Assembly (NCBI RefSeq): GCF_004010195.1
Contig: NC_057718.1
Location: forward strand, 36,435,772 to 36,495,944
Direction: 5' to 3'
DNA from: Chiloscyllium plagiosum
Lineage: Eukaryota
DNA length: 60,173 nt
Position numbers and translations under genes: made by a program
Shown here: positions 34,848-48,065 of the stretch, in pieces
How positions within the stretch are numbered: position 1 is the stretch's first letter
Layout: each line of letters starts with the position of its first letter
Notes under the pieces: model-generated
The model's database searches: none
Told to the model about the DNA's origin: nothing
What the model saw: the letters and a program-made list of their open reading frames with translations, nothing else

Positions 34848-35467
34848 CAAAAGATTCTCCATAATGCAAGATGGAGAGCAGAAAAAAATTGTGGCCGTCA
34901 GAGCTGCTCCTTTTTTTGAGATATTTTAGGTGTTCAAGGTGATTTCCTTGAATTTCCAGGAGCAGTAATTATTGTATTATAAGCTGTTGCATTGTTTTGA
35001 AACTTTGGGGGAGAAAAGATCAAAACAATGGCACGTTAAAAAGGAGGTAAAGAGACAAAGGCAGAGACCACATGATCAGTGAATCAATGAGAAAGAAGCC
35101 TACACTGCTGTCTGACACAGCAGTGAATCTGTACAGCCGCTGTCTTTCCTGTTTGAGTTCAAGTATGTCAAGACACCGGAGTGCATCTAAGGCATAGTAA
35201 CAAACAGGGAAATTCACAGCTGACCCCTGGAGGAACCTTCTTGGCAGAGCTTATAGCGCAGGAGCAGCTAAATCAATCAGTTTTAAGTGTAACCTTGCCA
35301 TTATTTTTGTAAATCTACAATAATGAGTAGAGTGGGTTCTTTTTTTGATTATATGTCTCATTGATAAAATTTTAAAATATAAAACATAAGTACTAAGTTA
35401 GCCTGGAGCATTGTCTTTTAGAGCAATAAGACTGTGCTATTTTCTGGGTCTATCGATTGTCAAGATG

Positions 35468-36738
35468 CATGGATGGCCTTTAGTAGAGTGATATGCTCTT
35501 CCTGTCAGATGTGAAAGATTAGGGAGAGTTTCCATGTTACTGACAATTATGTGTACAGTAAGTGTGGTTGTGAATCCTATCAGATCAAATGGATTGGTTG
35601 GAGCGGCAGTTAGAGGCAATGAGGAATTTACAAGAGGTAAGTAGTGTGATGGATGGAAGTTATAGGAAGGGAGAAAAGCCGCAGATACAGTCAGGTAGAT
35701 GGAGTAACTCCAGTAAAAGTAAGAGGGGTAGGCAGGTAGTGCAGGAGTCTCCTGTGGCTATCACCAATTCAAACAAGTATGCTGTGTTGGAAAATGTAGG
35801 GGGTGATGGACTCCCAGGGCAATGTAGCAAAAACAGCCAAGTTTCTGGTATCAATTCAGGCTTTAATGTAATGAGGGATATATCGGGTTCCAAGCGATTG
35901 ATTGTGATAGGGAAATCTTTAGTCAGAGGCACAGATAGACGTTTCTGTGGCAGACAGTGAGAAATCAGAATGGTGCAGAACATTCTCAAAGGGGAGAGGG
36001 ACTAGGAGGAGGTCATTATACACATTGGAACTAACAACATAGGAAGAGAAAAGGTTGAGATTCTGAATGGAGAATATGGAAAGTTAGGCAGGACGTCAAA
36101 AAGGAGGTCCTCAAGGGTAGTAATATCTGGATTACGTCTGGTGCTATGAGCTAGTAAGGATGGGAATAGGAGGATAGAGCAGATGAATGCATGGCTGAGG
36201 AGCTGATGCAGATTAGATTAGATTAGATTAGATTAGATTAGATTAGATTAGATTAGATTAGATTACAGTGTGGAAACAGGCCCTTCGGCCCAACAAGTCC
36301 ACACCGACCCGCCGAAGCGAAACCCACCCATACCCCTACATTTACCCCTTACCTAACACTACAGGCAATTTAGTATGGCCAATTCACCTGATCCTGCACA
36401 TCTTTGGATGGTGGGAGGAAACCGGAGCACCCGGAGGAAACCCACGCAGACACTGGGAGAACGTGCAAACTCCACACAGTCAGTCGCCTGAGGCGGGAAT
36501 TGAACCCGGGTCTCTGGTGCTGTGAGGCAGCAGTGCTAACCACTGTGCCACCGTGCCGCCCAAAGGAGAAGGATTCACATTTTTGGATCATTGGAATCTC
36601 TTCTGGGGTAGAAGTGACCTGTACAAGGAGGATGGATTGCACCTGAATTGGAAGGGGACTAATATACTGGCAGGGAGATGGGGTAGAGCTGCTTGGGAGG
36701 ATTTAAATAGTAAGGTGGAGGGGGACCCAGGGAGGTAG
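35468..36738 (+). pseudogene. CR1 ORF1 with an SGNH/GDSL esterase domain (disrupted)
   Basis: N-terminal Cys motif, VIGKSLVRG (block I, cf. GDS), HIGTNNI (block III), DGLHLN (block V). Confidence 0.85.
36211..36561 (-). mobile_element. Young HE1-like V-SINE with a (TAATC)11 tail, nested in CR1 ORF1
   Basis: Minus strand gggcggcacggtggcacagtgg (A box), ggttcaattcc (B box), V-domain with CpGs retained; (gatta)x11 at 36211-36265. Confidence 0.95.
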
Positions 36739-36847
36739 TGAGGAAAGAGATCAGTCTGGTACAGATGGGGAAAGGAGCAAGTCAAACAGTGACTAAGCAG
36801 AGAAGGGCAGGCAGGGACTAAGCAGAAAACAAGATAGGACTGATAAC

Positions 36848-39800
36848 TTAAACTGCATTTATTTCAATGCAAGAGGGCTAACATGGAAGGCAGATGAACT
36901 CAGGGCATGGTTAGGAACTGGGATATCATAGCAATTACAGAAACTGGGATATCATAGCAATTACAGAAACATAGCTCATGGTTTGACAGGACTGGCAGCT
37001 TAATGTTCTAGGATGCAAATGCTACAGGAAGAATAGAAAGGGAGGCAAGAGAGGAGGAGGAGTGGCATTTTTGATAAGGGATAGCATTACAGCTGTGCTG
37101 AGGGAGGATATTCCTGGAAATACATCCAGGGAAGTTATTTGGGTGATAAATAAGAAAGGGATGATCACCTTATTGGGATTGTATTTTAGACCCCAGAATA
37201 GTCAGTGGGAAATTGAGAAATAAATTTGTAAGGAGATCTGAGTTATCTGTAAGAAGAGGAGGATGTTTATGGTAGGGGATTTTAACTTTCCAAACATAGA
37301 CTGGGACTGCCATGGTGTTAAGGGTTGAGAGAGAAATTTGTTAAGTGTGTACAAGAACATTTTCTGATTGAGTATGTGGATGTAACTACTGGAGTAGGTG
37401 CAAAACTTGACCTACTCTTGGGAAATAAGGCAGGGCAAGTGATTGAGGTGTCAGTGGGAGAGCACTTTGGGGCCAGTGACCATAATTCTATTAGGTTTAA
37501 AATAGTGATGGAAAAGGATAGACCAGATATAAAAGTTGAAGTTCTAAATTGGAGGAAGGCTAATTTTGACGGTTTTATGCAAGAACTTTCGAAAGCTGAT
37601 TAGGGACTGATGTGCACAGGTAAAGGGACGGCTGGAAAATGGGAAGTCTTCAGGAATGAGATAACGAGAATCTAGAGAAAATATATTCCTGTTAGGGTGA
37701 AAGGGAAGGCTGGTAGGTATAGGGAATGCTGGGTGACTAAAGAAATTGAGGGTTTAGTTTAGAAAAAGAAGGAAGTATGAATCTGGCATAGACAGGATAG
37801 ATCGAGTGAATCCCTAGATGAGTATGAAGGCAATAGGAGTATACTTAAGAGGGAAATCAGGAGAGCAAAAGCGGACTTGAGATAGCTTTGGCAAATAGAG
37901 TTAAGGAGAATCCAAAGGGTTTTTACAAATACATTAAGGACAAAAGGGTAACTAGGGAGAGAATAGGGCCCCTCAAAGAACTGCAAGGCTGCCTTTGTGT
38001 GGAGCTGCAGGAGATGGGTCAGATGCTAAATGAGTATTTTGCATCAGTGTTTACTATAGAGAAGGTTATGGAAGATATAGAATGTAGGGAATAGATGGTG
38101 ACATCTTGAAAAATGTCCAGATGACAAAGGTGGTGCTGGATGTCTTAAGACACATAAAAGTGGATAAATCCCCAGGAACTGATCAGGTGTACCTTAGAAC
38201 TGTGTGGGAAGCTAGGGAAGTGATTGCTGGGCCCCTTGTTAGAACATAGAACAGTACAGCACAGAACAGGCCCTTCAGCCCACGATGTTGTGCCGACCAC
38301 TGATCCTCATGTATGCACCCTCAAATTTCTGTGACCATATGCATGCCCAGTAGTCTCTTAAATGTCCCCAATGACCTTGCTTCCACAACTGCTGCTGGCA
38401 ATGCATTCCATGCTGTCACAACTCTGTGTAAAGAACCCACCTCTGACATCCCCTCTAACTTTCCTCCAACTAGCTTAAAACTATGACCCCTCATGTTAGT
38501 CATTTCTGCCCTGGGAAATAGTCTCTAGCTATTGTTGAGATATTTATATCATCAATAGTCACAGGTGAGGTGCCGGAAAACTGGAGGTTGGCTAATGTGT
38601 GCCACTGTTTAAGAAGGCAGTAAGGACAAGCCAGGGAACTATAGGCCAGTGAGCCTGACATCATGGTGGGCAAGTTGTTGGAGGGAATCCTGAGGGACAG
38701 GATTTACATGTATTTGGAAAGGCAAGGACTGATTCGGGATATTCAGCATGGCTTTGTGCTTGGGAAATCATGTCTCACTAAATTTATTAAGTTTTTTGAG
38801 GAAGTGACAAAGAAGATTGATGAGGGCAGACGCAATCTATATGGACTTCAGTAAGGTGTTCGACAAGGTTCCTCATGGGAGACTGGTTAGCAAGATTAGA
38901 TCACATGGAGTACAGGGAGAACTAGCCATTTGGATATAGAACTGGCTTGAAGGTCGAAGACAGAGGGTGGTGGTCGAAGGTTACTTTTCAGACTGGAGGC
39001 TTGTGATCAGTGGTGTGCCACAAGGATTGGTGGTGGGTCCACTGCTTTTCATCATTTATATAAATGATTTGGATGTGAACATAGGAGACATAGTTGGTAA
39101 GTTTGCAGATAACACCAAAATTGGAGGTGTAGTGGACAATGAAGAAAGTTATCTCAGAGTGCAATGGGATATTGACCAGATGGGCCAATGGACCAAGGGG
39201 TGGCAGATGGAGTTTAATTTGGACAAATGTGAGGTGCTGCATTTGGAAAGGCAAATCAGGGCAGGACTTATACACTTAATGGTAAGGTCCTCAGGAGTGT
39301 TGCTGAACAAAAAGACCTTGGAGTGCAGGTTCATAGTTCTTTGAAAGTGGAGTCGCAGGTAGATAGGATAGTGAAGGCGTTTATTAGTCAGAGCATTGAC
39401 TATAGAAGTTGGGAGGTCATATTGCAGTTGTACAGGACATTGGTTAGGCCATTTTGGGAATATTGTGTGCAATTCTGGTCTCATTCCTATCGGAAGGATA
39501 TTGCAAAACTTAAAAGGGCTCAGAAAAGATTTACAAGGATGTTGCCAGGTGTTGGAGGATTTGAGCTATAGGGAGAGGTTGAATAAGATGGGGCTGTTTT
39601 CCCTGGAGCATCGGAGGTTGAGGGGTGACCTTGTTGAGGTTTATAAAGTCATAAGGGGCATGGATAGGATAAATAGACAAGGTTTTTTCCCTGGGGTAGG
39701 GGAGTGCAGAACTAGAGGGCATAGATTTAGGGTGAGAGGGGAAAGATTTAAAAGGGACTTAAGGGACAATTTTTTCATGCAGAGGGTGGTGCTTGGATGG

Positions 39801-39923
39801 AATGAGCTGCCAGGGGAAGTAGTAGAGGCTGGTACAATTACAATATTTAAGAGGCATCTGGATGGGTATATGAATAAGAAGGATTTGCAGGGAGATAGGC
39901 TAAGTGCTGGCAAATGGGACTAG
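36848..39923 (+). pseudogene. CR1 ORF2 (APE endonuclease plus reverse transcriptase), with multiple stops and frameshifts
   Basis: YFNARGL, IAITET, VGDFNFP, LDLLL, SDHN, GVPQGLVVGP, KFADNTK, QMEFNLDKC, LRGDLVEVYK. Confidence 0.92.
38241..38531 (-). mobile_element. Short CR1 3' fragment of a different subfamily nested in ORF2
   Basis: Tail agaacatagaac; RGHSFKL...RVVTAWNALP; TSD ttgtt at 38236-38240 and 38532-38536. Confidence 0.9.
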
Positions 39924-40003
39924 ATTGGTTTGGGATATCTGGTTGGCATGGATGATTTGGACCGAAGGGTCTATGTCCGTGTTGTACATCTCTATGACTC
40001 TAT

Positions 40004-40155
40004 ACCAAATGCCTTCTTCATTATCCTATGTATCTGTGACTTCACTTTCAATGAACTATGAACCTGCACTCCAAGGTCTCAAACAACACTCCCCAGGATC
40101 TTACCATTAAGTGTAAAGGTCCTGCCCTGATTTGCCTTTCCAAAATACAACACCG
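40004..40155 (-). mobile_element. Remainder of the host CR1 fragment
   Basis: Colinear with 12810-12970. Confidence 0.85.
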
Positions 40156-43139
40156 CATCACGTAGTGGAATATCAAGCTGACTGTCACCTGTCTTGACTC
40201 TTTCTGCCTTATTGTGGGCTGTCTTCCTCCAGGAATGAGAGAGAGAGAGAGACAGCTATTACAGGAGATGAAAGTGGATTGCCCTGCTGTTACTTTCCAT
40301 CCAGTTAGGTATATGTCCTCAGCGACTGGGTAGGCAGCAAAGAAGGTGTGCAGTGTTAGCAGTGGTGAGGCTTGGCCTATTTTACTGCAAGTGACCTAAG
40401 ATCAAGCAGGATAGATCATGGAGGAGTGTGAGCTGTGGTGGGAGGTGGGTACAGCAGCAGACACAGAGTGAGCATGTGGTCTTCGAAAGAAGGTGGTGGA
40501 AATTATTCTGGCTGAGTACAGAAGGTCGTTGAGCTTCTTCCTACAAGTGCTGGGTATTTCTCAAGACAGCTTTGAGTGCTCTAGCCTGGGCAGCAAGGTC
40601 AGACCAGGCTGTTCTGCCATGGTGTCACAGCCTCTGCTGAAATCCTGCCTCTGCACCACACAATCCAGAGGACCTCCGGGAGTGGGGGCGCTGTCTGTCA
40701 CACCCAGACTGACAGTTCTCCCCCATGTTCACAGCACCCTTTTTAAAGATGTTGTTGATGCAAAGGGAAGGGGGTGAATTGCAGCCACCCCCTCAGGGAC
40801 AAGTTGTTCCAGAACAGCTCAGCAGGAAGCAGGAAGCAGATGTGAGCAATACCATTGAGACACAGTAAGTAATTAACGAGGTGAATTTGGTGAAGGTACA
40901 AGAAAACATGATCAGACCTGCACTGTAAATTCTCCAAAAAACTCAATATAACTCTCACCTGATTAAAAAAAAAGCCACATTCAGCCTTACAATTCAACAA
41001 TGCTGCATTGTGATGTACTGTGGTCAGGCACCTTATAGTATGTGTTTTTAATTTTTCCTTTTCCCGTTAGACAATTAAAACTTTTTACATGAGGCACGTC
41101 CCTATTTTCTGTTCCTGTCCCTTACCCTTGTATAAAAACTGGGAGATCTGAAGGAGAGGGCAGTATTATGACTGTCAGAAGATAAGTTCCTTGCAAAGCA
41201 CCATTCCATTGAATGTACGTACGCCAAATCCAACACTAATGGACTGATTGAAAGAAACATCAAACAGTGAAAACCAAAATGTCACCATAGTTCAGTAGGA
41301 GAGGGCATTTCAAACATCAGGTCCAAACTGGAGGAGAGTAGAAGGAGCTTTGTTCTGATAGTGGCATTTGATACTGGCATTTCATTCAAATTGTGGAAAA
41401 AATATTCTATTTCGCATTCCTAAATGAAATGCTGCTGCCCAAAAACACATTCAGCAATGGGACTGGAGCTCTAGCTTTCTGTATCACAGGGTACTCAGAT
41501 GTCAATTTCCTCAGCAGATCCTCACATGGACTTATTAATACAAATAACATGTGGAAAATCCATCTGCCTGCTCTTCCAAAGAAGGGTGTGGTTTCCACAA
41601 AATGGGAAGTGGAGACAATAAGTGATCACAATCAAAGCATGCATTGACAAACAGGAAGCTTTACTGGGACTGACTTTGCTAGAAATGCACTAGCATTTTA
41701 CGTAATGGTTTTAGATACAAATACAATAGCCAGAGTTTACCTGCATGCAGATTAATCTGGACTGCTCCTTCCATTTGACTGCTGATGGTGGTGATTTACC
41801 ATCTCTGGAAAGTTCCTGCTTGTATTCTTCTGAAAGAAAACCGAAATCTCAACTAAAACTCATTTCAGGTCTATTCAAACATCCGAATCACAATTCAAAC
41901 TGTTAATACTGGATTCTGAAATAAACGGGGTTAATAGAGGGAGGGAAGGGGATTAACCTCGTCACATCTCAGGAAAAAACCTTAACGTTCTTCAGGTGCA
42001 ATGAGTGTCTTTGCTGAGGAGTGACATCCAGGTACTCTCACAGTCTGGGAATAGCAATGAGGTAAATGACCAGTCAGTTATGGCAAAATGGTTGAAAGAG
42101 TAATTTTGGACAGACCACTGGCATCACTACACCTCTCTTTTAAAAGAAAGACACTGGAACTTTTAACGCATAAGTGCTAACCTAGAAGAATTAGCTACGA
42201 CTAACAAGGCCCCCAAATGCACTGATCTGAAAACCAGCCTGGAATTCAGGCCTAAAGCCAAGTAAGCTGGATTGAAAGTACAGCTGGACATGGGCCTATC
42301 ATAACTTAAGCTCTATTAAACCCCTTCACAGTATTCAAACACTTTTATTGCAAGCTTCAAATTTACTTTCGAGCTCAGACTGTCATGAAGAAAATGTCGT
42401 TTTTTTGATAATTATTTGATATATTTCTTGGCGACTTGGAGTCCACCGTCACTCAGGCCAAAGACATTTTTTCCTGGAGAGATTACAGATATTTGAGGTA
42501 TGAAAATAAAATTAATTGCAGCTGTGAAAATTGAGATTTTCAGCTTATATTTTCACATGATCAGGCACAGGATCCAGGCAGTCACTTCAAATGTTGGTTA
42601 CTGTAAGAAATTAGATATATTGTACTTAAAGATACAAGGAGAGAAACAAAAACCTTCTTACAGAATCGCTTTTGTGATCTTCAGGGCATCCCCATTCACT
42701 TTACAGTCGATGGCCTGAAGTGACGGGTACAGAAGTGGAGGTGGCGCTGGTAACATAGTGGATAATTGCACAGGGATAGCAACAAATTAGCAATGGGCCA
42801 CAAGTTGGACTGATTTGAATTATTCAAGGTCTAATTAGGGGTCATTTTCTGCAGGCACTAGCATTTTACTAACAGCAGAGCAATCCTGCTCCCCACCCCA
42901 TGGGGAGACCGATGGATCTCCCCTCTCTGAAGAAGCTTGAGATGTGCTCCCGAAGAGGACATCATAGTTATGGAAGGCATCCTCCTTGCCACATGTACCG
43001 GCTGGAGGATTTTCTCCTCTGAGCCCTTGGCGTCTGAAATTTCATGTTTAAAACTTGCTTGACCCCACAGTTGAGAGATGCTTTTCATTCCAACTCTCAA
43101 CACCACTAATCCTATTTGCCCTCTGGGCTGCCTATCAGT

Positions 43140-43510
43140 CACATGGGACACCTTTGTATTTGCATGGAAAGGATTGAATAAACTGGGGCTATTTTTCCCC
43201 TGAGGATGAAGGTCTTTAATACTATGAAGGGGTTTAATAGAGCAAACGTTAGGGCTCAATTATAATATCCTAATTGTCAGTTCAATAAGGAATGGACTAG
43301 AAATTTGGAAAAGAAGTTTGTAGAAGAATGAAGAACATTGAGGATGAAAGGAAGCCAGAGAAGTACACGAAAGAGAAAGGAACTGAAGGATACATTGATG
43401 GGAATACTTCAAACAAGGGGAAAGAGGTTCATGGAGATTACAACCATCAGCACAGTCCTGTTAGGCCAAATGACTCACTTCTATTCCGTAAAGCTTTATC
43501 GATTTCTATG
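43140..43510 (+). mobile_element. Ancient CR1 3' fragment
   Basis: gaaaggattgaataaactggggctatttttcccc and a CR1-like 3' UTR. Confidence 0.6.
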
Positions 43511-44463
43511 TAATATTCCAAATGAATTCCATTTCAGCAGAATGAAGTGATTTAAACATGGTCCCAATGCAAAACAGTTGACCTTTGCATCCTAACCAAT
43601 CATGTGCTGAGCAGATGGAAGATAATTACAGCAAGCACAGTTTTTGGAATAACAGGAGAAATTCTGATCAATTTAGTGATTCTTAATTGAGTGCAGACTA
43701 GAGAGATCCAACACAGTGCAATGGAAGAGCATACAACTATGATAACAATGATAGTTTTTCCATTATTACTACAGTAAAATCAGTGCCTTAGATTTCAGTA
43801 TTAAACAAAACTGGGATCTAATTATGTAAATGTGTGTCCATATCAGTCACCCAGATTATTAAATGTTAACAATGACACAATAACAGAATATTAGACTGAA
43901 ATGTTTGCCTGAACTTTATCAATATGGACTAGTTGATGTTAACTTAAAAGATCCTCCACAGACCATAGAAAGGTCAATGACCTTTTCCAGACCACTAGAA
44001 TAAGCACCATATACTCTCCAATACCTTGCATTCACTCTCTCCCACTGAACCCATTCCACTCTGCTCTAACAGATTGGCCATTGACTGCAATGTCTTCCCT
44101 CACTAGCTGCTTGCCATTCCTACTCCCAACACCACGAACCTTGCATGCCTTCTGGGTTGTTATTCACTCACTTGGGACAATTCTGCACCTGCTCCAAAAG
44201 TAACAACTGTGCCACTTACTTTCATATCCCCTAACACCTGACCCTTTTTCACTCCAGGAAGAAAATAGCTCTCAATAGGACAGTGGGCTGCATGGTATTC
44301 GTCTCCACTACCATTATGAGAGCATCATGTCTCAGACTATCCCAGCCTTTGGCTGACTGTGCCCAAGTCCCTAGACTGGTATTGGAGGCTGCCTTTGATT
44401 TACTGTGCTAGGGTCGATTGTGCAAATGCTCTCTCTCTTGAATTGATGGGGGACTACTTCTAA

Positions 44464-45170
44464 TCATGACAAGCTTTTTCTTTGTGCTAAATGGCAAAGC
44501 AAGACAGAAAAATTGAGAGTCTGGAATCTCCATCTGAAGGGCAAAGTGCAAAAAGTCAACACAAGGCAGGGATGCTGTAGGCATCCAGGTAAGCTCGCAG
44601 TGAGTGACAATGACAGCGAGTGACTATGACAGCGAGTGACTATGACAGCAAGCAGAGAACTCAGAGATGCAGCCTTGTCCAGTCTGTGAGACAGGGCTGT
44701 GTCCCCAAGCACGCTATGCTCATGCTGCAGCATTACAGTGGTAGCTGCTGGTGAAGCCCATGTTTCAGCTTGAAGTGCAGAAGCATGCTGTAAGTGGATT
44801 GCATATGTACCATGAAGGTTCATAGAGATTGGCACACGTCAGATGTAAATTTCCATGGATGCGGGGTGTATTTAGCTGATGCTCGTGAAACATAACCTGA
44901 AATGGTATTCCCCAGTCCAACACAGAAGTACATTGGAGCAAGTGGTGAGCTTGATTGGTGTGTTTGGTAATTTCAGAAGTTGAACATTAATGAGGTAAGT
45001 TGGGCTGGTAATAAGGCATTTAACAAGCTATTAACCCCATTTATTGGAAACTCATCGCTGCCTCGTGTGAAAGTTATCCTGCTGCCCAGTAATATGTAAA
45101 AGATGCAGTGTTTACTCCTAGCATTGCAATTGGCTTCACTGGACTCCTCAGGCAGTTCTGCCCCTAATCT
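44464..45170 (-). mobile_element. Decayed PIF/Harbinger transposase relic
   Basis: Ordered minus-strand motifs: LINVQL (cf. HSINVQ), DVC, LGDTA (cf. LGDxGY), WRFQTL (cf. MRFRCL). Confidence 0.45.
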
Positions 45171-46319
45171 TGCCACAGTCTTTGATGTTCAGCCCCTATA
45201 CGATTTTGCTGAATGATTTTGAGACTGAAATTTAGAGCAAGACTTTAACTGGATCTTTAAGTGTGTATCTTGTTTACAATTTTCATCAGCACTGTTACTT
45301 AGCCAATTCTTCCATATTGTAACAACAGTTGACAAAGATCAACGTGAAGTTCACACAGGGCTTTTTCTTTAGTTCAACTTATGGCCTTGGATGAGGATAA
45401 CTTGCCCCTTCTCGTTTTGCATAATTATTTCTGCAGATCGGCAATATTTGCAACCTACAGGAATGCATATGTAACACGCCCAAAAATGTAGAGCTTCTAA
45501 TTTATTGCTTCTTGTTTTCCAGATGCTCTAGGGTGTTGGGTGTGCAATCAACATTTATAGCCCAAAGCATTTCACAGATAACTCCGAACCAGAACAGTGT
45601 GAAAACAATTTTCAACTGTAATAACATAGGCGTTGTCTGGGGACTAGCTGTCTCACAAAATAAAAGCACGAAACTACATTCTTTCCCTTGCCAGTTTAAA
45701 GCAACATCAATTTAATCAAAACTTCAATCACAAAATTAAGAAATCAACAGGTTTGAACTGAGCTACAAATGGGCACATTTCTGATCTGGTTTGTACCGGG
45801 AAAATTTAACATATCTGTGGTTAGGTATAAAGGAAGACAGGTGGAGGTAAAGACAAAGAGTATTGCAACACTGGCTTCACAGATGAAATTAATCCATGAA
45901 TTAGAAATATCAGTTGTCAGAAAGCCAGCAGTAGTCAGGAATGGCAGCATAGGTTATCCTCCCCAATGAAACATTTTGATTATTCCACAGTTCATGAAAG
46001 TTGGTGAATTTCACAATCCAAGAATCAATGTAATTGCTTGAACCATCCCAATGAAGTTGGGCTTATGAAGAAAGCTGGAGTAGACAGCAAAAGCATTATG
46101 AATATGGCTCTGAGCTCAAAAGTTTTTAAAATTACTTTTCAATGAACGGCTATCAACTAGAAGACTCTTGTATTTCTGGGCAACAAGCCCACAGCTTTTC
46201 AGTAGTCTCTAATTAATGTGGAAGTGTTAGATCTTAGCAAGACTTTGAAATGACAGCTGCATTCTGTGCCACCAGATACTGCTTTTTAACAATGAGGGAG
46301 CAAACAGTTTTCTTCTAAC

Positions 46320-46880
46320 CGAAGAGCACCAAAGGAGGCATTTGCTCGGTTGGGGTTGCAATAGGTCTCAAAAGAGTTGTTCAACTAATCCCAGTCTTCT
46401 GCTCATTCTCGAAAGCCTTGCAAACTATTCATTTTTATGCACATATCATCTTCCTACTTGGAAGTGCTGCTGGATCCGCTTCTACACCCTTTCAGACATT
46501 TTACACAGTGAACCATAGAATACAAAGTACTCCCTTCATTTCCCTTCTGATTCTACAGCCAATTCCCTAAATCTGTACAATCTGGTTACTGATCTGCCTG
46601 CCAGAGGAGACACAATGGGCGAGGAAGAATAATGCAAGCTGCTCTAGTCTCCCCTCATTAATGAACTACCACTTCCCTATGCACATTCAAGTAAATCTCC
46701 TCTGAATTCTCACAATGGCCTTGACCTCCTTCCTGAAGTATAGTGCACACTTCCTCAGCTGAGGCCTAACCAGTGACTTTTTAAAGGTCAAGTCTTCCTT
46801 GTTATTGTACTCTTTGCCTCTATTCATAAAATCAAACATTCTACATGCTTAACACACTTTATCTTTTCCTGCCAGCTTCA
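46320..46880 (-). mobile_element. Ancient CR1 3' fragment
   Basis: ctcagctgaggcctaaccagtg is the reverse complement of LVRPQL; aggaggcatttgctc tail. Confidence 0.55.
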
Positions 46881-47594
46881 AAGAGTTCAGATTCTAAAGG
46901 CAGTGGGAGAAATGTTTTCTCTTGTGATCTCTAGCACAATGTACACATCAGAGCAGCAGTGCTGTCAGAAAACAATCACCTCTAAGTCACACACTATCTT
47001 GAGTTGAATGTAATATTGTAACTTTTCATTTCAATTTAGCTAATGTCATAGAATCCTCTGGCTCCTTAGAAAAGACATGATAAAAGTTAATTTCTATCGG
47101 TAACTTCTGGTCCTGAATTTGTCACAGTTATGAAAGCTCATAACAACCCATGTTCTCAAATAATAGCATGTTAAGTGTAGAGAAATGAAGTGATTATCCA
47201 TAACAAAATAGGACTACTGTGCGCACACAGATGTGGCTGGAAAAAAATTGTTTTCAGTTTCACCGTTCTACAAAGATTTTAATCAGACTTTTTTTGCAGG
47301 GTGTCAGAAAGAGTGTGTGTCAGCTGGACAAAAGAGGCCATAATAGCAGAAATACAACTCTGTCCAAGCAGTAGTGAGGGGCTTAGAAGTTATTGGGAAT
47401 AATGTTCCACAATGCAGAAGGTTTATCAGGCCATCAGAAAGGAAGACACCTAAGAGTTTAGATATGAATTTAGTTAAGACATGATAAGGGATAGTGAGGG
47501 ACTTAGCATTTTATTTTAAGAGCCTCAGAAATGGACACCAATGAAGGTAAAATGGGATTTAGCAACTGTACAGCAATTTACCAAAACTAGTTTT

Positions 47595-48065
47595 TAAATT
47601 ACAAATTCACAGGATATAAACGTTACTGGCTGGGTTTGTCGTCCATCCCGAGCTATCCTTGTGAAGATTGTGTAGTCCATATAATGCAGTTAGGGAGGGA
47701 GTCCCAGGACTCACTGAGGAAACCTGACACAGTAATATTATTTTCAAGTCAGAATGTGAGCAGCTCAGTGATGTTTCCATATATCTGCCACTCTTTTCCT
47801 TTTACATGGTAGTGGTCATGGGTTTGGAAGTTACTGTCTAAAGAACCTTGGTGAATTATTGTGGTGCATCTAGGTGACGCACACTACTGCTAAGGACCAG
47901 TGATAGAGGAAGTGAATACCCATTCAAGCGGGCTGCTTAGTCCTGGATGGTACGAAGCTTCTGGAATGCTGTTGGAAATGCAGTAATATGGACAGCAGGT
48001 AGTGGTCAGGTTTTGGGAAGTCAGGTGGATTACTCATTGCAGCATTCCTAGCCTTTGACCTGCAA
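47595..48065 (-). mobile_element. Second-family LINE 3' fragment
   Basis: Homologous to 24905-25500 and reverse-complementary to 15205-15665. Confidence 0.65.

Larger units (their letters stand above)
34848..40003 (+). mobile_element. Near full-length HER1/CR1 LINE (5' UTR, ORF1, ORF2, tail), inactivated, with two nested inserts
   Basis: The ORF1 esterase, APE endonuclease and RT motifs are all present in order; ends ctctatgactcta. Confidence 0.92.

Noticed and set aside
36211..36265. (GATTA)11 as a telomeric or satellite repeat
   Set aside because: It is not TTAGGG; it is the SINE tail.
36490..36561. Functional tRNA gene (also 29921 and 50339)
   Set aside because: The A/B boxes are SINE heads continuing into the V-domain, with no complete cloverleaf.
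36916..36970. 26-bp tandem duplication in ORF2 (also 44611-44648 and 59221-59263)
   Set aside because: Ordinary local slippage duplications in dead repeats.
39396..39923. 175-aa ORF as an independent gene
   Set aside because: It is the frameshifted C-terminus of CR1 ORF2.
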